Part shown: one piece after another, positions 22,402 to 31,819 of the stretch
How the letters are laid out: each line of letters begins with the position of its first letter
Position numbering within the stretch: the stretch's first letter is position 1
DNA from: an uncultured Nitrospinota bacterium
GTDB taxonomy: Bacteria > Tectomicrobia > Entotheonellia > J063 > CAVPRW01
Length of the DNA: 64,000 nucleotides
Assembly (NCBI GenBank): GCA_963707985.1
Contig: CAVPRW010000035.1
Location: 32,001 to 96,000 of the forward strand
Direction of reading: 5' to 3'
Made by a program: the position numbers and the translations under genes
Notes under the pieces: model-generated
Told to the model about the DNA's origin: nothing
The model's input: the letters and a program-made list of their open reading frames with translations, nothing else
Database searches by the model: none

Positions 22402-23232
22402 ATGGTTGTGAACGCCGTCCATGATGTGGCCCATCAGAAATTGGTCAGACTCGAAGGCTTGCTCAGCGACATGGGTGAGGTAATGGTGGCCTACTCGGGA
22501 GGGGTGGACAGCAGCTTCCTACTCTGGGCAGCACACAAGGTGCTCGGTGAGCGGGTGCTGGCGGTGACAGGTCGTTCGGGTAGCGTCGCCAGCGGTCAGA
22601 TCGAGGAGGCGCACCAACTCGCCAAAGATTTGGGGGCGCGCCATGTCGTCCTCGACACCGAGGAATTAGATAACCCGCTCTATGTCGAGAACCCGACGAA
22701 TCGCTGCTACCATTGCAAAACCGAGCTCTTCACCAAGCTCGAGGCCTTTGCTGCCCGTGAAGGGATGCGCTGGATCGTCGAGGGCTCGAACCTGGATGAC
22801 ATGCACGATTATCGTCCCGGCATGCAAGCTGTGGCCGAACACGGCGTGCGCAGTCCGCTCAAGGAGGCTGAGCTGACGAAAGCCGAGATACGCGCCCTGT
22901 CCAAAGAGGCCGGTCTGCCCACCTGGGACAAGCCTGCCATGCCATGTCTCGCGTCGCGCATTCCCTACGGCATGCTCGTGTCTCTGGAGAAGCTGTCGAT
23001 GATCGATCGCGCCGAGGCCTATCTACGGAGTCTCGGCTTCCGCGACTTGCGCGTGCGCCACCACGAGACGATCGCCCGTCTCGAGCTGCCTCCCAGTGAT
23101 TTTCCGAAGCTTCTCGAGGGGAACATGGCGGCTGAGATCACCAGGACGTTGAAGGAATATGGCTTCAAGTTCGTGACCCTGGATCTGCAGGGGTTCCGCA
23201 GTGGCAGCCTGAATGAGGGCATCGTCAAATGA
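22402..23232 (+). CDS. larE: ATP-dependent sulfur transferase LarE
   Basis: PP-loop AYSGGVDS, NRCYHCK, DYRPG, WDKPAMPCLASRIPYG, RVRHH, GFRSGSLN. Confidence 0.92.
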   Translation: MVVNAVHDVAHQKLVRLEGLLSDMGEVMVAYSGGVDSSFLLWAAHKVLGERVLAVTGRSGSVASGQIEEAHQLAKDLGARHVVLDTEELDNPLYVENPTNRCYHCKTELFTKLEAFAAREGMRWIVEGSNLDDMHDYRPGMQAVAEHGVRSPLKEAELTKAEIRALSKEAGLPTWDKPAMPCLASRIPYGMLVSLEKLSMIDRAEAYLRSLGFRDLRVRHHETIARLELPPSDFPKLLEGNMAAEITRTLKEYGFKFVTLDLQGFRSGSLNEGIVK

Positions 23233-23483
23233 GGCCGCTCCTTTTCCTGGTGCTGACCGTCGCGTTGGGATACCTCATCTCGCAGCTCTTATTCCCCAGG
23301 CGTCGCGTCCGACGAGCATCCGATCGACAAGCGCCGACAGCGGTTGCCGAGGAGATGGTGCGCGATCCCGTGTGTCAGCTATATCTACCGCGTACCGAAG
23401 CGATCCGACGCAAGGTGCAGGGACGAGAATACTTTTTTTGCAGTCCCGGATGTGTCGACAAATTTCTTGTTCGCCGCTCGTGA
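23229..23483 (+). CDS. Membrane-anchored YHS/TRASH domain protein
   Basis: N-terminal TM helix, DPVC...YFFCSPGC. Confidence 0.85.
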   Translation: MRPLLFLVLTVALGYLISQLLFPRRRVRRASDRQAPTAVAEEMVRDPVCQLYLPRTEAIRRKVQGREYFFCSPGCVDKFLVRRS

Positions 23484-24673
23484 TGCGTACCCATGCCGTC
23501 GCCGACCTACCGCTCGCCGGTGTCTGCGTCCTTGAGCTTGCCCAAGAGGTGGCTGGACCTTTTTGCGGCAAACTGCTGGCAGAATGTGGGGCGCTAGTCG
23601 TCAAGGTTGAGCCGCCTGACGGGGACATCACTCGCCTCCGGGGTCCATTTGCGCATGATCAGTTGAGTCCTGAGGGGAGCCTTTCGTACCTCTACCTGAA
23701 TACCGCCAAGCGCTCGATTACGTTGCAGATGGGATGCCGATCCGGTGTGCGGCTCTTCGAAGCGCTCCTCCACCACGTGGACGTGGTCATCAGCGATCAT
23801 CCGGCAGCGACATCGGTCAGTGTTCTTCCTGAGCCCCATCTGATCTATACGTGTATTCGACCCTTCGGGCTCGATGGCCCCCACGCCGATTGGCCAGCGA
23901 CCGAGCTGACCATGCAGGCCCTGGGGGGCGTGATGGCCATCGTCGGCGATCCCGATCGTCCCCCGGTGCGGCTGGGGGGCGAGCAAGCGGCGTATGTGGC
24001 AGGGTTGAACGCCGCTGTTGCGACTCTCCTCGCCCTGGAGGCGCGTGCGCACACGGGCAGAGGGCAGGTGGTCGATATCTCCATACAGGAGTCGTTGCTG
24101 ACCATTCTTGGGAACATTCCCATTCTCTACTCGCACTTAGCGACCGTCGCCAGGCGCATCGGCAGCCGCCATCACCGCACCCATCCCACCGCCATTTATC
24201 CCTGTCAAGATGGCTATGTCGGCATCGCTGCGCAGACACCTCAGCAATGGGAAGCCCTATGCCTACTCGTCGATCAGCCAGAGATCCTTGTCGAACCACG
24301 CTTCACCACCGGTGTCCAGCGCGCTGAGCACGCTGATGAGTTGGACGCCATGCTCCTCCCATGGTTTCTGGCGCGTACTCGGCAAGAGGTCATGCTAGCC
24401 TGTCAGGCGCGGCGCATTCCCGTCGGCCTGAGTTGCACGATTCCTGAATTACTCGACGATCCCCAATACCAAGCCAGCGGATTTTTCCAGGCTGTCGACC
24501 ATCCCTGCACCGGGACTGTGCGCTATCCTGGAGGAGCATTTCAGCTACGGTCGATGTCTGGTGCCCTCACCCGTGCTCCATTCCTGGGAGAACAGAATAT
24601 GCAGGTCTATGCCGGCTGGCTCGGCATCAGCCCACACGAGCAGGTGCGTCTGCGCTCTCAAGGGGTCTTGTGA
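23483..24673 (+). CDS. Class III CoA-transferase (CaiB/BaiF), probable non-catalytic subunit
   Basis: VAGPFCGKLLA, VKVEPPDGD, LNTAKRSITL, APFLGEQN; the usual catalytic Asp position reads EQAAY. Confidence 0.88.
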   Translation: MRTHAVADLPLAGVCVLELAQEVAGPFCGKLLAECGALVVKVEPPDGDITRLRGPFAHDQLSPEGSLSYLYLNTAKRSITLQMGCRSGVRLFEALLHHVDVVISDHPAATSVSVLPEPHLIYTCIRPFGLDGPHADWPATELTMQALGGVMAIVGDPDRPPVRLGGEQAAYVAGLNAAVATLLALEARAHTGRGQVVDISIQESLLTILGNIPILYSHLATVARRIGSRHHRTHPTAIYPCQDGYVGIAAQTPQQWEALCLLVDQPEILVEPRFTTGVQRAEHADELDAMLLPWFLARTRQEVMLACQARRIPVGLSCTIPELLDDPQYQASGFFQAVDHPCTGTVRYPGGAFQLRSMSGALTRAPFLGEQNMQVYAGWLGISPHEQVRLRSQGVL

Positions 24674-25914
24674 TGAGTGCAGCACCCGGCGCCATTCTCG
24701 GCGGCGTCCGTGTGCTCGATCTTACCCACGCCTGGGCCGGGCCGTTCGCCACACAAGTGCTGGCCGATTATGGGGCCGAAGTCATCAAGATCGAAACCTG
24801 TGAGCGCCCGGACATGCTGCGCTTTTCCACATGGCCCCCCGATGAAGCGCGGCCGGATGCATACAACCGTGGAGGCTGGTTCCAGTCCCTCGGTCGCAAC
24901 AAGCTCAGTCTGACCTTGGACCTTAAGCAGTCCCAGGGGCAAGACCTGTTCAAACGCTTGGTGGCATTGAGCGATGTCGTGATCGAGAACTTCAGCGCAC
25001 GGGTGATGCCACATTTGGGGTTGGACTATGCAGTGTTGCGGGCTGTGAACCCGCGTTTGATCATGATCTCGATGCCTGGCTACGGCACGGTGGGACCCTA
25101 CAAGGACTTCGTCGCCTTTGGCGAGATGATCGAACCCTTCGCCGGTCTTGCAGAGTTGACGGGCTATGCTGATGGTCCGCCATTGCGCCTGGCCGTGGCA
25201 TACCCGGACCCCGTGGCTGGCTTTCACGCTGCCCTGGCGACGTTGCTGACGCTGCGGCAACGTCGCCAGACCGGTCAAGGCCAGCACGTTCACATCCCCC
25301 ATCGCGAGCCAATCACCCGTATGCTTGGGGAAGCCGTGCTCGACTACACGGTCAATGGCCGCACGCCACGCCGCATTGGCAATCGTCATCGCGCCTGGGC
25401 GCCGCATGGGTGCTATCCGTGCTGTGGACCAGACAGGTGGATTGCGATCGCGGTGCGCCATGATGCTGACTGGACCGCCTTCTGCCGAGTGCTCGGCGAG
25501 CCAGCCTGGACGCATGACTGGCGCTTTGCTCACTCCTTGAAGCGTTGGAAGCATGCCGATCTTCTCGATCAGTTTGTGGCGGCAACCACGCAGTCGTGGG
25601 AAGCCACCGCCCTCGCCAGGCGCCTGTGTGCCGCGGGGATCCCTGCCGGCGTTGTCCAGACCAATCAGGACCTGCTCAGCGATGCGCATCTCCGCTCGCG
25701 GCAGGCATTTTGGGTGATCGCGCACCGTCTGGCTGGCACCTATCCCTATCCGGCCCCATCGACGCGCCTCACCGAGACACCCCCAGGTCTCAGGCGTCCG
25801 GCACCGAATCTCGGTGAACATAACACGGACGTGTTGACGCGGCTGCTCGGGCTCGTGCCGGAAGAGATCCATGACCTGGAGGCGAAGGGTGTGATTGGCA
25901 CGGCGGTGCGCTGA
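24673..25914 (+). CDS. Class III CoA-transferase (CaiB/BaiF), catalytic subunit
   Basis: WAGPFATQVLADYGAEVIKIE, DVVIENF, AYPDPVAG (catalytic Asp), APNLGEHN. Confidence 0.92.
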   Translation: MSAAPGAILGGVRVLDLTHAWAGPFATQVLADYGAEVIKIETCERPDMLRFSTWPPDEARPDAYNRGGWFQSLGRNKLSLTLDLKQSQGQDLFKRLVALSDVVIENFSARVMPHLGLDYAVLRAVNPRLIMISMPGYGTVGPYKDFVAFGEMIEPFAGLAELTGYADGPPLRLAVAYPDPVAGFHAALATLLTLRQRRQTGQGQHVHIPHREPITRMLGEAVLDYTVNGRTPRRIGNRHRAWAPHGCYPCCGPDRWIAIAVRHDADWTAFCRVLGEPAWTHDWRFAHSLKRWKHADLLDQFVAATTQSWEATALARRLCAAGIPAGVVQTNQDLLSDAHLRSRQAFWVIAHRLAGTYPYPAPSTRLTETPPGLRRPAPNLGEHNTDVLTRLLGLVPEEIHDLEAKGVIGTAVR

Positions 25915-25930
25915 GGGCGGGTTTGAATAT

Positions 25931-26022
25931 CTTCTCCCCCTGCGAGAGGGGTAGGGTGTGGAAGAGTCTGCAGCCCTTTGAAAGAGCCCTCACCCCCGCC
26001 CTCTCCCGGTGGGAGAGGGAGA
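25931..26022. repeat. Inverted pair of REP-like palindromic repeats (family A)
   Basis: CCCTCACCCCCGCCCTCTCCCGGTGGGAGAGGGAGA (25987-26022) and a degenerate inverted copy at 25931-25961. Confidence 0.65.
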
Positions 26023-26035
26023 AAGAGGAATCGCT

Positions 26036-26812
26036 ATGGCTATCCGTTACGACAAAGACGGTACAATCGTGACCATCACCATCAATCGGCCGGAGGCGAT
26101 GAACGCCATGGATCGCGACACTTCACGCGACCTGGCTGAGGCCTTTGAAGCTTTTGACCAGGATGAGGACTTGCTGGTGGCCATCCTCACCGGCGCGGGC
26201 GACAAGGCATTTTCTGCCGGGGCCGACCTGAAAAAAATGTACGGTCGTGCGGAGGACGGCAATATCCGCGAAGTCTGGGATCGCGACCGGCAGTGGCGTT
26301 TGGGACAGCGTCTGCACGTCTGGAAACCGGTCATCGCCGCCATCAACGGCTACTGTCTGGCGGGTGGGCTGGAGCTGGCCATGGGCTGCGATATTCGCAT
26401 CGCCTCCGAGACCGCTGCCTTCGGATGTCCCGAAGTACGGTGGGGCATCCTCCACGGCTATGGGGCGTTGCGCTTGCCAAAGACCATCCCCCTGTCGGCA
26501 GCCATGGAGCTCCTCCTCACCGGTGACCGGATCAGCGCGGCGGAAGCCTATCGCTTGGGAATCGTCAGTCGCGTCGTGCCACCGACAGAGCTGATGCCGA
26601 CGGCGCGACAGCTAGCCGACAAGATCTGCGCCAATGGTCCGTTGGCCGTACGGGTCACCAAAGAGCTGGCCTGGCGCGGCCTGGAGGTCCCGCTCGAAGA
26701 TGCGCTACGCTTGTACACGGCTCTTGGAGCCTTGGTACGCGCCAGCGAGGATGCCCATGAGGGACCGCGCGCCTTTGCCGAGAAGCGCCAGCCGCAGTTT
26801 AAAGGGCGGTAA
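26036..26812 (+). CDS. Enoyl-CoA hydratase/isomerase (crotonase) family
   Basis: INRPEAMNA, AFSAGADLK, KPVIAAINGYCLAGGLELA, PEVRWG, AFAEKRQPQFKG. Confidence 0.93.
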   Translation: MAIRYDKDGTIVTITINRPEAMNAMDRDTSRDLAEAFEAFDQDEDLLVAILTGAGDKAFSAGADLKKMYGRAEDGNIREVWDRDRQWRLGQRLHVWKPVIAAINGYCLAGGLELAMGCDIRIASETAAFGCPEVRWGILHGYGALRLPKTIPLSAAMELLLTGDRISAAEAYRLGIVSRVVPPTELMPTARQLADKICANGPLAVRVTKELAWRGLEVPLEDALRLYTALGALVRASEDAHEGPRAFAEKRQPQFKGR

Positions 26813-26902
26813 GGCGTGTGGGGGGTAACCCCTTGGCCTCCCTCTTCCTCTGGGCTTACAAGGGTAGGTTTTTTTAGCCATGATATTGACCCTGGTGTCG
26901 TG

Positions 26903-26938
26903 CTCCCTCTCCCGCCGGGAGAGGGCTAGGGTGAGGGG
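26903..26938. repeat. REP-like palindromic repeat (family A), inverted relative to 25987
   Basis: Reverse complement CCCCTCACCCTAGCCCTCTCCCGGCGGGAGAGGGAG is nearly identical to 25987-26021. Confidence 0.7.
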
Positions 26939-26955
26939 ATACGAGGCCATCCACC

Positions 26956-28005
26956 ATGCTTGAAGATATCGACCCCCAGACCTTGGACGACTTGGCTGAT
27001 GTGATGGAGCTTCTGTTTGACTCAGGCTGGACAGACGGCTTGCCGGTGGTTCCACCGACGCCGCGCAGCGTACAGCGCATGCTCACCGGTACGACACGCC
27101 AGCCTGACGAGCTCATCGGTCGCATTCCACCCAAAGGCGGACGCGCCACGGTCGAGAAGATCGCCATCAACGCGGTCATGGCCGGCTGCAAGCCCGCATA
27201 CCTACCTGTGGTGATCACTGCCGTGGAGGCGCTGCTTGACGACCGCTGCAATACGCGAGGCGTGCAGTGTTCGACCCATATTTCGACTCCATTGGTGATC
27301 GTCAATGGGCCGCTCGTGCAAGCCCTGGGCATCAATAGTGGTCACAACGTCTTCGGGCAGGGCTGGCGCGCCAATGCGACCATCGGTCGGGCCGTGAAAC
27401 TGGTCCTGGTAAACCTTGGCGGGGCCGTCCCTGGCGTCACCGACAAAGCGACCTTCGGCCATCCCGGTAAATTTACCTATTGCATCGGCGAGCACGAAGC
27501 CGCCAACCCCTGGGAGCCGTTGCACGTTGAGCGCGGTTTCGCTCCCGACGAGAGCACGGTCACCGTCTTCGGTGCCGAAGCACCCCATAATATCAATAAT
27601 CATTGGAGTGCCACCCCACACGGCCTGTTGCAAACCATCGCCGACAGCATGGCGACACTCGGCAGCAATCATCTGTACCTGGGAGGTGAGAGTTTTGTCG
27701 TGCTGAGCCCGGAGCACGCCGATGTCCTGGCCAAGGCCAGATGGACGAAGCGCGACGTGCGCACCTTTTTATTTGAACATGCTCGGAAGCCGCTGGCGCA
27801 GGCTAGGATCGGCGGCATGTATGGTCCGGAAACCCGGCGTAACTTATGGCCGCGCTGGATCGATCACGAGAACGAAACGGAGCGGGTGCCAATCGCCCGT
27901 CGGCCGGAGGATATTGCTATCATGGTGGCTGGCGGTGCTGGTCGTCATTCGGTGTATCTGCCGGGCTGGGGAGCACGCTCGGCAACACGCAAGGTGCTAG
28001 CCTGA
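26956..28005 (+). CDS. Conserved hypothetical protein of the type found beside UGSC-family selenoproteins
   Basis: GWTDGLPVVPPT, ATVEKIAINAVMAGC, RANATIGRA, PWEPLHVERG, VAGGAGRHS. Confidence 0.75.
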   Translation: MLEDIDPQTLDDLADVMELLFDSGWTDGLPVVPPTPRSVQRMLTGTTRQPDELIGRIPPKGGRATVEKIAINAVMAGCKPAYLPVVITAVEALLDDRCNTRGVQCSTHISTPLVIVNGPLVQALGINSGHNVFGQGWRANATIGRAVKLVLVNLGGAVPGVTDKATFGHPGKFTYCIGEHEAANPWEPLHVERGFAPDESTVTVFGAEAPHNINNHWSATPHGLLQTIADSMATLGSNHLYLGGESFVVLSPEHADVLAKARWTKRDVRTFLFEHARKPLAQARIGGMYGPETRRNLWPRWIDHENETERVPIARRPEDIAIMVAGGAGRHSVYLPGWGARSATRKVLA

Positions 28006-28021
28006 TGAGAGAGGGAAACGC

Positions 28022-28609
28022 ATGAGCGATGTGCACGAACGCCTCCGCCGCCTTGGTCTCCTGGACCCCACCGACCATGAGGAGCTCCAACGGCGCACCC
28101 TTGCTCTACGGCTTGCGAATGTGTACGGCAAGGTGGGTGGGTTCCTCGACAACCGCAAACAAAACGCCAGCATCCTACTAACCCACATCGCCGAGCGACT
28201 GAGTACAGAATATGGCATGGTAGAGGCCGTGCACCACGCTAAATTCATTTATTCGCGCATCGCCGAGCCAGCCATCATCGACGAGCTGGCCGAACGATGC
28301 GACTTCGTCGTAGCCGCGATCGGCGACTGAGGCTCGTGTGTGTCGTGCAGTATGCACGACATGTTGGCCCTTGAAGAGCGTGGAATCCCAACGGTTCTCC
28401 TGTGCACTGAACCCTTCATGAACTCCGCCTGTGACCATGCTGAAGCGTTCGGCACTCCTGATTACCAGGCCGTGCAGGTCAGGCATCCACTGGCCTCATT
28501 GACGCCTGAGCAGACGCGGGCGCGGGCTGATGAGACACTCGGAGGCATGATCGCCATCCTCACCGGACAGGCCGGGCGTGCGCTGCCCCTGGGACAGGAA
28601 CCTCATTAG
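28022..28609 (+). CDS. UGSC-family selenoprotein (Sec at TGA 28328-28330)
   Basis: ORFs 28022..28330 and 28340..28609 are in the same frame; readthrough gives AIGD-U-GSCVSCSMHD...LEERGIPTV. A hairpin follows the TGA. Confidence 0.88.
28341..28361 (+). promoter_or_regulatory. Bacterial SECIS-like hairpin
   Basis: TGTCGTGCA-GTA-TGCACGACA perfect 9-bp stem starting 11 nt after the in-frame TGA, with G in the loop. Confidence 0.75.
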
Positions 28610-28639
28610 CCACGTAGTACTTCTCATATTGAGGATTCT

Positions 28640-29546
28640 CGTGTGGGCTTTACACGAGGAAGTGCGACGAGAGGTCCGTCCGGCCGCGTTCAGGGACCCA
28701 CAAGGGCTCATCCAAGGGCTGAGTACTGGCGTCCAAAGCGAGCTGGACAGACTTCGCAGGAAACCCAGCTCGACGAGGCTGGGGGGTACGCCCGACGCTC
28801 CGCGCATTCTCCAAATCGTTGCCACATTGACGGACGAGCTAGAACGCAAGAACCGGCTGATCGATGAGCGTACGGCAGAAAATGTCACCCTGCGTGGACG
28901 GGTCAAGGAACTCGAAGAACTACTGCAAGCTGCCATCGGGCGCACGCTGACCGCGGCCACGCAACTGGACGCTGGTGGGGTTGAGATTGCTGCTGCCGAA
29001 GCGCTGGAAGCCGGCGACACCCGACCCGCAGAGGCTTTGCTGAGCAGCCAAGAACGCAACGAAGCGTCGAAGATCGGTAGCCCCGGGGCCGACGACGTGC
29101 GGCAGCGGCACCAGGCCGCGGTGCTGGCGCGCGAACAGGGCGCGTTCGCCATGAGCCACAATGTACGCGCTGCTTTAGCGGCTTTTCAGCGTGCCGCGGC
29201 ATACGAGCCGGCTGACACCTGGACGCACTTCTTCATCGGGGACCTGCACCTGCGCCTAGGGGATCTGAAGGCCGCTATGCAGAGCTTTCGAAGGGGGCTC
29301 GCCATCGCCGAGGCGCTGGCGGGGCGTGATCCGGCCAACACCCAGTGGCAAACCGACGTGGTCGTCTCGTGCGCCAAGCTGGGAAGGTTGGCACACGCGC
29401 AGAACGCGAAGATGCGCCGTGACTATCTGCTGCGCGGGCACGGGAGCCTGCTAGAGTTCAAGGCGGGGGGTCGTCTGCTACCAAACCAGGACTGGATCGC
29501 GTGGTTCGACGACCAACTCTCGCAAATGCTGCCGGATCAGGCATAG
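28640..29546 (+). CDS. TPR-repeat protein, probably N-terminally truncated
   Basis: Coiled coil followed by TPR helices (GDLKAAMQSFRRGLAIAEALAGRDPANTQWQ); no convincing start codon or RBS. Confidence 0.6.
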
Positions 29547-29654
29547 AGTTATGAATCTAAATGTTGCGCGATGTCCGGATGAGGGGTGCCATGAACGCTG
29601 CGTTTTGAGGTGTCCCCTGGAGCATCGGCATCTCTGCCAACGGGAGGGATCGAC

Positions 29655-30587
29655 ATGAAAATAGGCGTGTCGCTGACGACGGCATATGTCCGTGAAGAAC
29701 CAGCGGTCGACCGTTTCCAGCAGCTCATACAGCAGGTCGAAGCGGCGCGAGATCATGGATTTCACTCCGTGTGGGTGGGCGATCATCACGTCACGCCGCA
29801 TCTGTACTACCAGAGCATCCCCGCTATCGCCCGACTCACGGCGCATGCCGGGACCATGCAAATCGGTCCATTTCTGCTGCTCCCCCTCTATCCTCCCGTC
29901 CTCCTGGCAGAGCAGATGGCCACCCTGGACGTCATCGCGGACGGGCGCCTTACCCTAATGATCGCCCTCGGCTGGCAGCCGGAAGCCTATGCCGCCTTTG
30001 GCATTCCCTGGAAAGAACGCGTTGCCCGCTTCGAAGAGGACATTGCGATCTTGCGCTTGCTCTTCGACAAAGATCCCGCCGACTATCTCGGCCGCTTCCA
30101 GCGCTTTGAGGGCGTATCCTTTCAACCCAAGCCTGTGCATGGGCGCATTCCGCTGTGGATTGGGGCGAGTGCCGAACCGGCGATTCGTCGGGCGGCGCGA
30201 CTTGGCGATGCGTGGATCATCGGGCCCCTGACCCCACTAGAGACGGTCAAGGCGCAGATGGGCATCTATAAAGCCGCCTTACAGGCATATGACAGAGAAG
30301 GAAACGTTGACGAGTTTCCGATGCGGCGGGATGTGTTCATCGCGGAGGATCGAGACACGGCGATGCAGATCGTTGAACCGGTGCTCAGGTCGGGCTACCG
30401 AGGCGTCCGGGGCAATCCACTGGATGTCCTGATCGTCGGAGGGCCACAGGAATTCGTCGAAAAGATCGAGCAACTCCAGGCGCTCGGGACCTCGCATCTG
30501 CTGTTGCGCTTCATCGTGCCCACCCAGGAGCACATCCTGCGCGCCATCCAAATCATCGGCGAACAGGTCATCCCACAGGTTTCCTAG
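29655..30587 (+). CDS. LLM-class flavin-dependent oxidoreductase
   Basis: GFHSVWVGDHH, PVLLAEQMATLD, PKPV..IPLWIG, AIRRAARLGDAW. Confidence 0.92.
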   Translation: MKIGVSLTTAYVREEPAVDRFQQLIQQVEAARDHGFHSVWVGDHHVTPHLYYQSIPAIARLTAHAGTMQIGPFLLLPLYPPVLLAEQMATLDVIADGRLTLMIALGWQPEAYAAFGIPWKERVARFEEDIAILRLLFDKDPADYLGRFQRFEGVSFQPKPVHGRIPLWIGASAEPAIRRAARLGDAWIIGPLTPLETVKAQMGIYKAALQAYDREGNVDEFPMRRDVFIAEDRDTAMQIVEPVLRSGYRGVRGNPLDVLIVGGPQEFVEKIEQLQALGTSHLLLRFIVPTQEHILRAIQIIGEQVIPQVS

Positions 30588-30687
30588 GGGCATGCGGTGG
30601 GCAGAAAAGAAAGGGATGCGAGCCCAGTGCCGTGGTAGGTCTAGGTTAATCTCAGTCGCACGGCGGCATTGGCGGGGTGTAAGCCAC

Positions 30688-30906
30688 CGGTCTTAACTTA
30701 AGCTCGAAACGGTCACTTGCGCTATCATGGGGAAATACCCACAGAGGCGGACCCCCATGGCACCAAAGCAGACCCGACACCGGTCCCATCCGGAGTTTCG
30801 GCAGCGCTCGCAGCTCCCCCTGCCCGCGATGGAACAAGCCGCAGATCCCGTCTTATCCCATCATGGACCCGGGCTCGAATGGCTGGACCATGGGGACCTG
30901 GCGTGA
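30688..30906 (+). mobile_element. Possible IS4-family transposase 5' remnant
   Basis: Short ORF from ATG 30757 (MAPKQTRHRSHPEFRQRSQLPLPAMEQ) recalls N-termini of cyanobacterial-type IS4 transposases; candidate end GGTCTTAACTTAAG upstream. Recognised from memory only. Confidence 0.3.
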
Positions 30907-31119
30907 AGGAATTCTGCATGCACCCGCTCTAACTAAGAGAGGGCATGTCGTGCGCACTGATGACCATCGGTGTAGAGGGGAAGCCCTCGACGTACATGTC
31001 CCCGCTGCCGCGGCTGGAGCGGGCGTGGGCAGGACGACCACGCCGCCCTCCCGTGCCATCGGCCTCAAGCCCCGACGGATTGCCTACCCGTGACCAGCAT
31101 TTAGAGGAGCCTCCAGGCC

Positions 31120-31653
31120 ATGCCCATAGCAGAGGTGCTGTCCCAACAAGTGCTGCATAGCTATCGTATCTTTGCGATCATCGAGCAGTCGCTCCGGCTG
31201 CCGTCCGGTCGAACGGTGGTGCGCCAGGTGGTGCACCATCCAGGTGCTGTGGTGATCATGCCCCAGTTAGAAGACGGCCGTCTGCTCTTGATCGCACAGT
31301 ATCGGTTTGCCGTGGGGGAGACGTTGCTGGAATTTCCTGCGGGTACCCTCGAGCCGGGTGAAGCGCCATTGGAGTGTGCCAGGCGCGAACTCAGCGAAGA
31401 GACTGGGTACCGGGCGGACCACTGGCATCCTCTGGGGGTGATCTACTCCTCGCCAGGCTTCTGTGACGAGCGGCAACACCTATTTATGGCCACTGGTCTG
31501 GTGCCCGAACACGCCGCGGGGGATGAGGACGAGATCATCGAGGTGAAGGGGCTGACGGTGCAAGAGGTCGAGCGGTCCATCGCCGATGGGACGTTGGTCG
31601 ATTCGAAGTCGATCGCCGTCTATGCCCGCGCCAAGCTGCAGAGAGTGCTCTGA
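31120..31653 (+). CDS. NUDIX hydrolase (ADP-ribose pyrophosphatase-like)
   Basis: Nudix box GTLEPGEAPLECARRELSEETG, HPGAV, SSPGFCDE. Confidence 0.92.
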   Translation: MPIAEVLSQQVLHSYRIFAIIEQSLRLPSGRTVVRQVVHHPGAVVIMPQLEDGRLLLIAQYRFAVGETLLEFPAGTLEPGEAPLECARRELSEETGYRADHWHPLGVIYSSPGFCDERQHLFMATGLVPEHAAGDEDEIIEVKGLTVQEVERSIADGTLVDSKSIAVYARAKLQRVL

Positions 31654-31819
31654 CCTGGCGAGGTTTGCCAGGCACGGCTGGAGAAGCTCGCGGAAATTTC
31701 TGTGCCATGGCTCCTCAGGGGCCTCGAATGGACAATGTGCGTTCAGAGATGGTATGCTCGCGCTGAGACATCGCCTTGGACATCGGCCTGCATTCACAGC
31801 CCTGGAAGGAGGGACTGCC

